Positions 16,149 to 18,225 of a stretch of 18,225 bases of DNA are shown here, one piece after another. Positions within the stretch are counted from its first letter, which is position 1. Each line of letters opens with the position of its first letter. The translations under genes and the position numbers were made by a program. The DNA is from an archaeon. GTDB taxonomy: Archaea; B1Sed10-29; JAJSAI01. Under the pieces are notes generated by a model. The model saw only the letters and a program-made list of their open reading frames with translations, searched no databases and was not told the DNA's origin. The DNA lies in assembly GCA_024274695.1 (NCBI GenBank), contig JAJSAI010000009.1, positions 1-18,225 of the forward strand, read 5' to 3'.

Positions 16149-17725
16149 CCATGAGAGTAAAAAAATGGTACGAGCAAAGGCACGGATCGGCCAAAGGCTA
16201 TTACATAATGCTAATGGAAGCCAGCGTGCTCTCGTGCCTGCTCGTGTCAGCAGCCTCCAACTTCCTCCCAGGATTATACTCCCTGAACGTTCTGCCCGCG
16301 GCAGGGCTAGCGCTCTCCCTGTACCACTTCGGCAGAGAATACAAGAAAGAATTCCTTTCCCACGCGATCGTCTTCGCGGGCCTGTTCCTGTTCGCGTTGT
16401 ACGCGCCCTGGCTGATGAAATCCCTGGCAGCAAGGCTCTCACGAGAACCCTTGTCAGCAGCAAGGGAAACAGCAGTAGGGGCAGTGGTTGTCCTTCTCGT
16501 GTTCGCAGTCCTCAGGACTGTTTTCAGGAAAAAAACAGTAGAAGGCAAGGTCATAATGGCTGACAAAGAAAACGCGGTCGTGAGAATAGACTACGACATC
16601 TTCGCTGGGATCAAGGCAGGAGAGTACGTTGTCAAGAACAATGGAGCCAGAAAAGGAGACACTGTAACCGTGGAGCTGGAAACGAGTTTTATTAAAGGAG
16701 TAAAACCCTCAAGAATAGTAATGAAACCTTCCCGGAGAAACAGAAGGGCGGGAAAGCGGAAGAAAGGGCTGGTAAGCATTGATGCGATAGCAGCCATAGT
16801 CCTGCTGCTCATGATCCTCGTGGCAGTCCAGAACTATGCCACGAGTATGAACAAGCAAGCGAAAGAATACGGGACCGCGATCCAGGCCAAGGCTGCTTCC
16901 ATCGGAATGGGGTCCAGGATGAACGCGCTCAAGGCCCTCGGGCTCGGGCCAGCGGACTATTACAACGCAAGGTCAAAAGTTCCCGTGATAAGCGTGAGCC
17001 CCACGGAATACGAGGAAGCCAAGATCACTAAAAACAAGGGAGAAAACGACGTTCACACCCTGTTCGGAGAATACGAGTTCACGTACCCCGCCCCATTAGA
17101 CTACTACTATTACAACGGGTGCATCGCGTCCAACCCCGCGGTCATGCAGTCCGCCTGCAAGACAAGCCTGCCCCAGTGCACTGTCAAGTTCAGGCACTGT
17201 TCCAGCAAGGGATACCTTGAACCGGGGAACACCTTTTCTATACGTGATAATGAACAGCAGGAACTTCTCACGTCCTATGTTCTGAAACCAAAGCAAGTGG
17301 AATATTCCGGTCATATCTTTGATTCCGTTGACACAATCACCCTAGATGAACTTAGAACATACTTTGATGATGCAGGGTTTGTCCCCCCGGACTTTTTCCC
17401 CTCAGATTACTACTCACAGGAGTACGCTAACCTCTACGCTCTTTGCCTAGACTCATTGGGAGGGCCTGGGAATACCCAGGGGATTGAGGTAGCTCACGTT
17501 TACAAGGGAAAGGAAGGCACTCCTTACGCTAACACGTACACGATATCCTGCGGTTATAATAATAGACAGGCTGGTCCTCTTACTGGAGGCACTCAGTACC
17601 TTTGTGGTGAAGACCCCAGAACATATAACGGGTACTGCTTCCCCTTGTACACGATCGGGGGAGACTGTGACATAAGGCCAGAACCGAACCTGAACTATTA
17701 TCCTGAGAAAGAGGTATGCGAATGA
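16145..17725 (+). CDS. In-frame fusion of a DUF2101-like membrane protein (about aa 1-192) and a minor pilin with an internal class III signal
   Basis: About four TMs, then VEGKVIMADKENAVVRIDYDIFAGIKAGEYVVKNNGARKGDTVTVELE...GVKPSRIV (DUF2101/COG4025-like C-terminus, recognised from memory). This is followed by MKPSRRNRRAGKRKKG|LVSIDAIAAIVLLLMILVAV and a Cys/Tyr-rich head. ATGA overlaps at both ends. Confidence 0.78.
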   Translation: MTMRVKKWYEQRHGSAKGYYIMLMEASVLSCLLVSAASNFLPGLYSLNVLPAAGLALSLYHFGREYKKEFLSHAIVFAGLFLFALYAPWLMKSLAARLSREPLSAARETAVGAVVVLLVFAVLRTVFRKKTVEGKVIMADKENAVVRIDYDIFAGIKAGEYVVKNNGARKGDTVTVELETSFIKGVKPSRIVMKPSRRNRRAGKRKKGLVSIDAIAAIVLLLMILVAVQNYATSMNKQAKEYGTAIQAKAASIGMGSRMNALKALGLGPADYYNARSKVPVISVSPTEYEEAKITKNKGENDVHTLFGEYEFTYPAPLDYYYYNGCIASNPAVMQSACKTSLPQCTVKFRHCSSKGYLEPGNTFSIRDNEQQELLTSYVLKPKQVEYSGHIFDSVDTITLDELRTYFDDAGFVPPDFFPSDYYSQEYANLYALCLDSLGGPGNTQGIEVAHVYKGKEGTPYANTYTISCGYNNRQAGPLTGGTQYLCGEDPRTYNGYCFPLYTIGGDCDIRPEPNLNYYPEKEVCE

Positions 17726-18225
17726 AGCCCGCGCGCAGCAGAGGACAGGTGTTTACCCTGGACATGTTCATGGCAATCGTGGGGCTGGTGATAGTCCTGT
17801 CCTACGCGAGCGCATGGTACCAGCAGGCGTTCTCAGGAGCTGACAGGATAGAGCAAATGAAGATGGACCAGATCGCCCAGGACATCGCGCAGATCGCGGT
17901 CAAGGACACTCTCGCGTACCACGATGAGTACGGGAACAGGTACCCGAACCTGATCAAAGGAAGTTCTGAGGAAATAAAACAGAAAATGCAGGACACCATG
18001 ATCCAGTTGCTCGGAGGAGAATACGCGGGAGGGATAATACTAATCGGAAAAAACACTTTCATCAGCTACGCTCACGTTCCTTCTCATCCCTGTGATCATG
18101 AAAAAGAGCTCGTGGGCATGGCCAAAAGGCCGGTGTACTACGATAGCGGCGCGGGAGCCGTGCCCGCGACCCTCTTCGTCACGGTCTGCCAGCTTCCGCC
18201 GGAAGAACAGCAGCCCGGGCTCAAC
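17722..18225 (+). CDS. Minor pilin-like protein (partial, runs off the window end); absent from the ORF track
   Basis: Hand translation: MKPARSRG|QVFTLDMFMAIVGLVIVLSYASAWY..., open to base 18225. ATGA overlap with the upstream stop; SD GAGGT at 17711-17715. Confidence 0.85.
   Translation, partial: MKPARSRGQVFTLDMFMAIVGLVIVLSYASAWYQQAFSGADRIEQMKMDQIAQDIAQIAVKDTLAYHDEYGNRYPNLIKGSSEEIKQKMQDTMIQLLGGEYAGGIILIGKNTFISYAHVPSHPCDHEKELVGMAKRPVYYDSGAGAVPATLFVTVCQLPPEEQQPGLN

Noticed and set aside
2900-16563. Alternative-frame + strand ORFs (2900, 4104, 7015, 7638, 9786, 10931, 13083, 13707, 14464, 16126)
   Set aside because: They are nested in or overlap longer genes with clear motifs, and their R/G/P-rich translations are typical of off-frame reading.
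5967-17722. Diversity-generating retroelement behind the pilin or module variation
   Set aside because: There is no reverse transcriptase and no near-identical TR/VR pair. Differences between copies are largely synonymous or ancient, not adenine-specific.
150-18062. Many minus-strand ORFs (e.g. 1032-1580, 2609-3226, 8293-9114, 13719-14276)
   Set aside because: They are antisense shadows of well-supported + strand genes, with S/F/L-rich translations and no motifs.
1-18225. CRISPR arrays, tRNA/rRNA genes, transposases or integrases
   Set aside because: The window is almost fully coding, with intergenic gaps of about 60 nt or less. I saw no spaced repeats, cloverleaf or recombinase motifs.

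Overview
Archaeal DNA with all credible genes on the + strand; AGG/ATA codon use and E/K-rich proteins hint at a thermophile, but the lineage cannot be fixed from this window. After the 3' end of an unknown gene and an archaeal-type threonyl-tRNA synthetase (thrS), about 16 kb is one type IV pilus locus resembling the methanococcal EppA/Epd type, and it continues past the window end. It encodes a VirB11/CpaF-type ATPase, two TadC-like platform proteins, an EppA-like prepilin peptidase and at least ten class III signal peptide proteins, three of them missing from the ORF track. Unusual parts: a pair of Cys-rich candidate major pilins; a basic 573-aa repeat protein with a glycine-zipper-like hairpin; a 1501-aa beta-propeller/PKD adhesin with a PEF-CTERM-like sorting tail; a DUF2101-like membrane protein fused in frame to a pilin through an internal prepilin cleavage site; and one extracellular module shared by the adhesin and two minor pilins. 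Two extracellular segments have atypical base composition. All family assignments come from motif recognition by eye, not from database searches.
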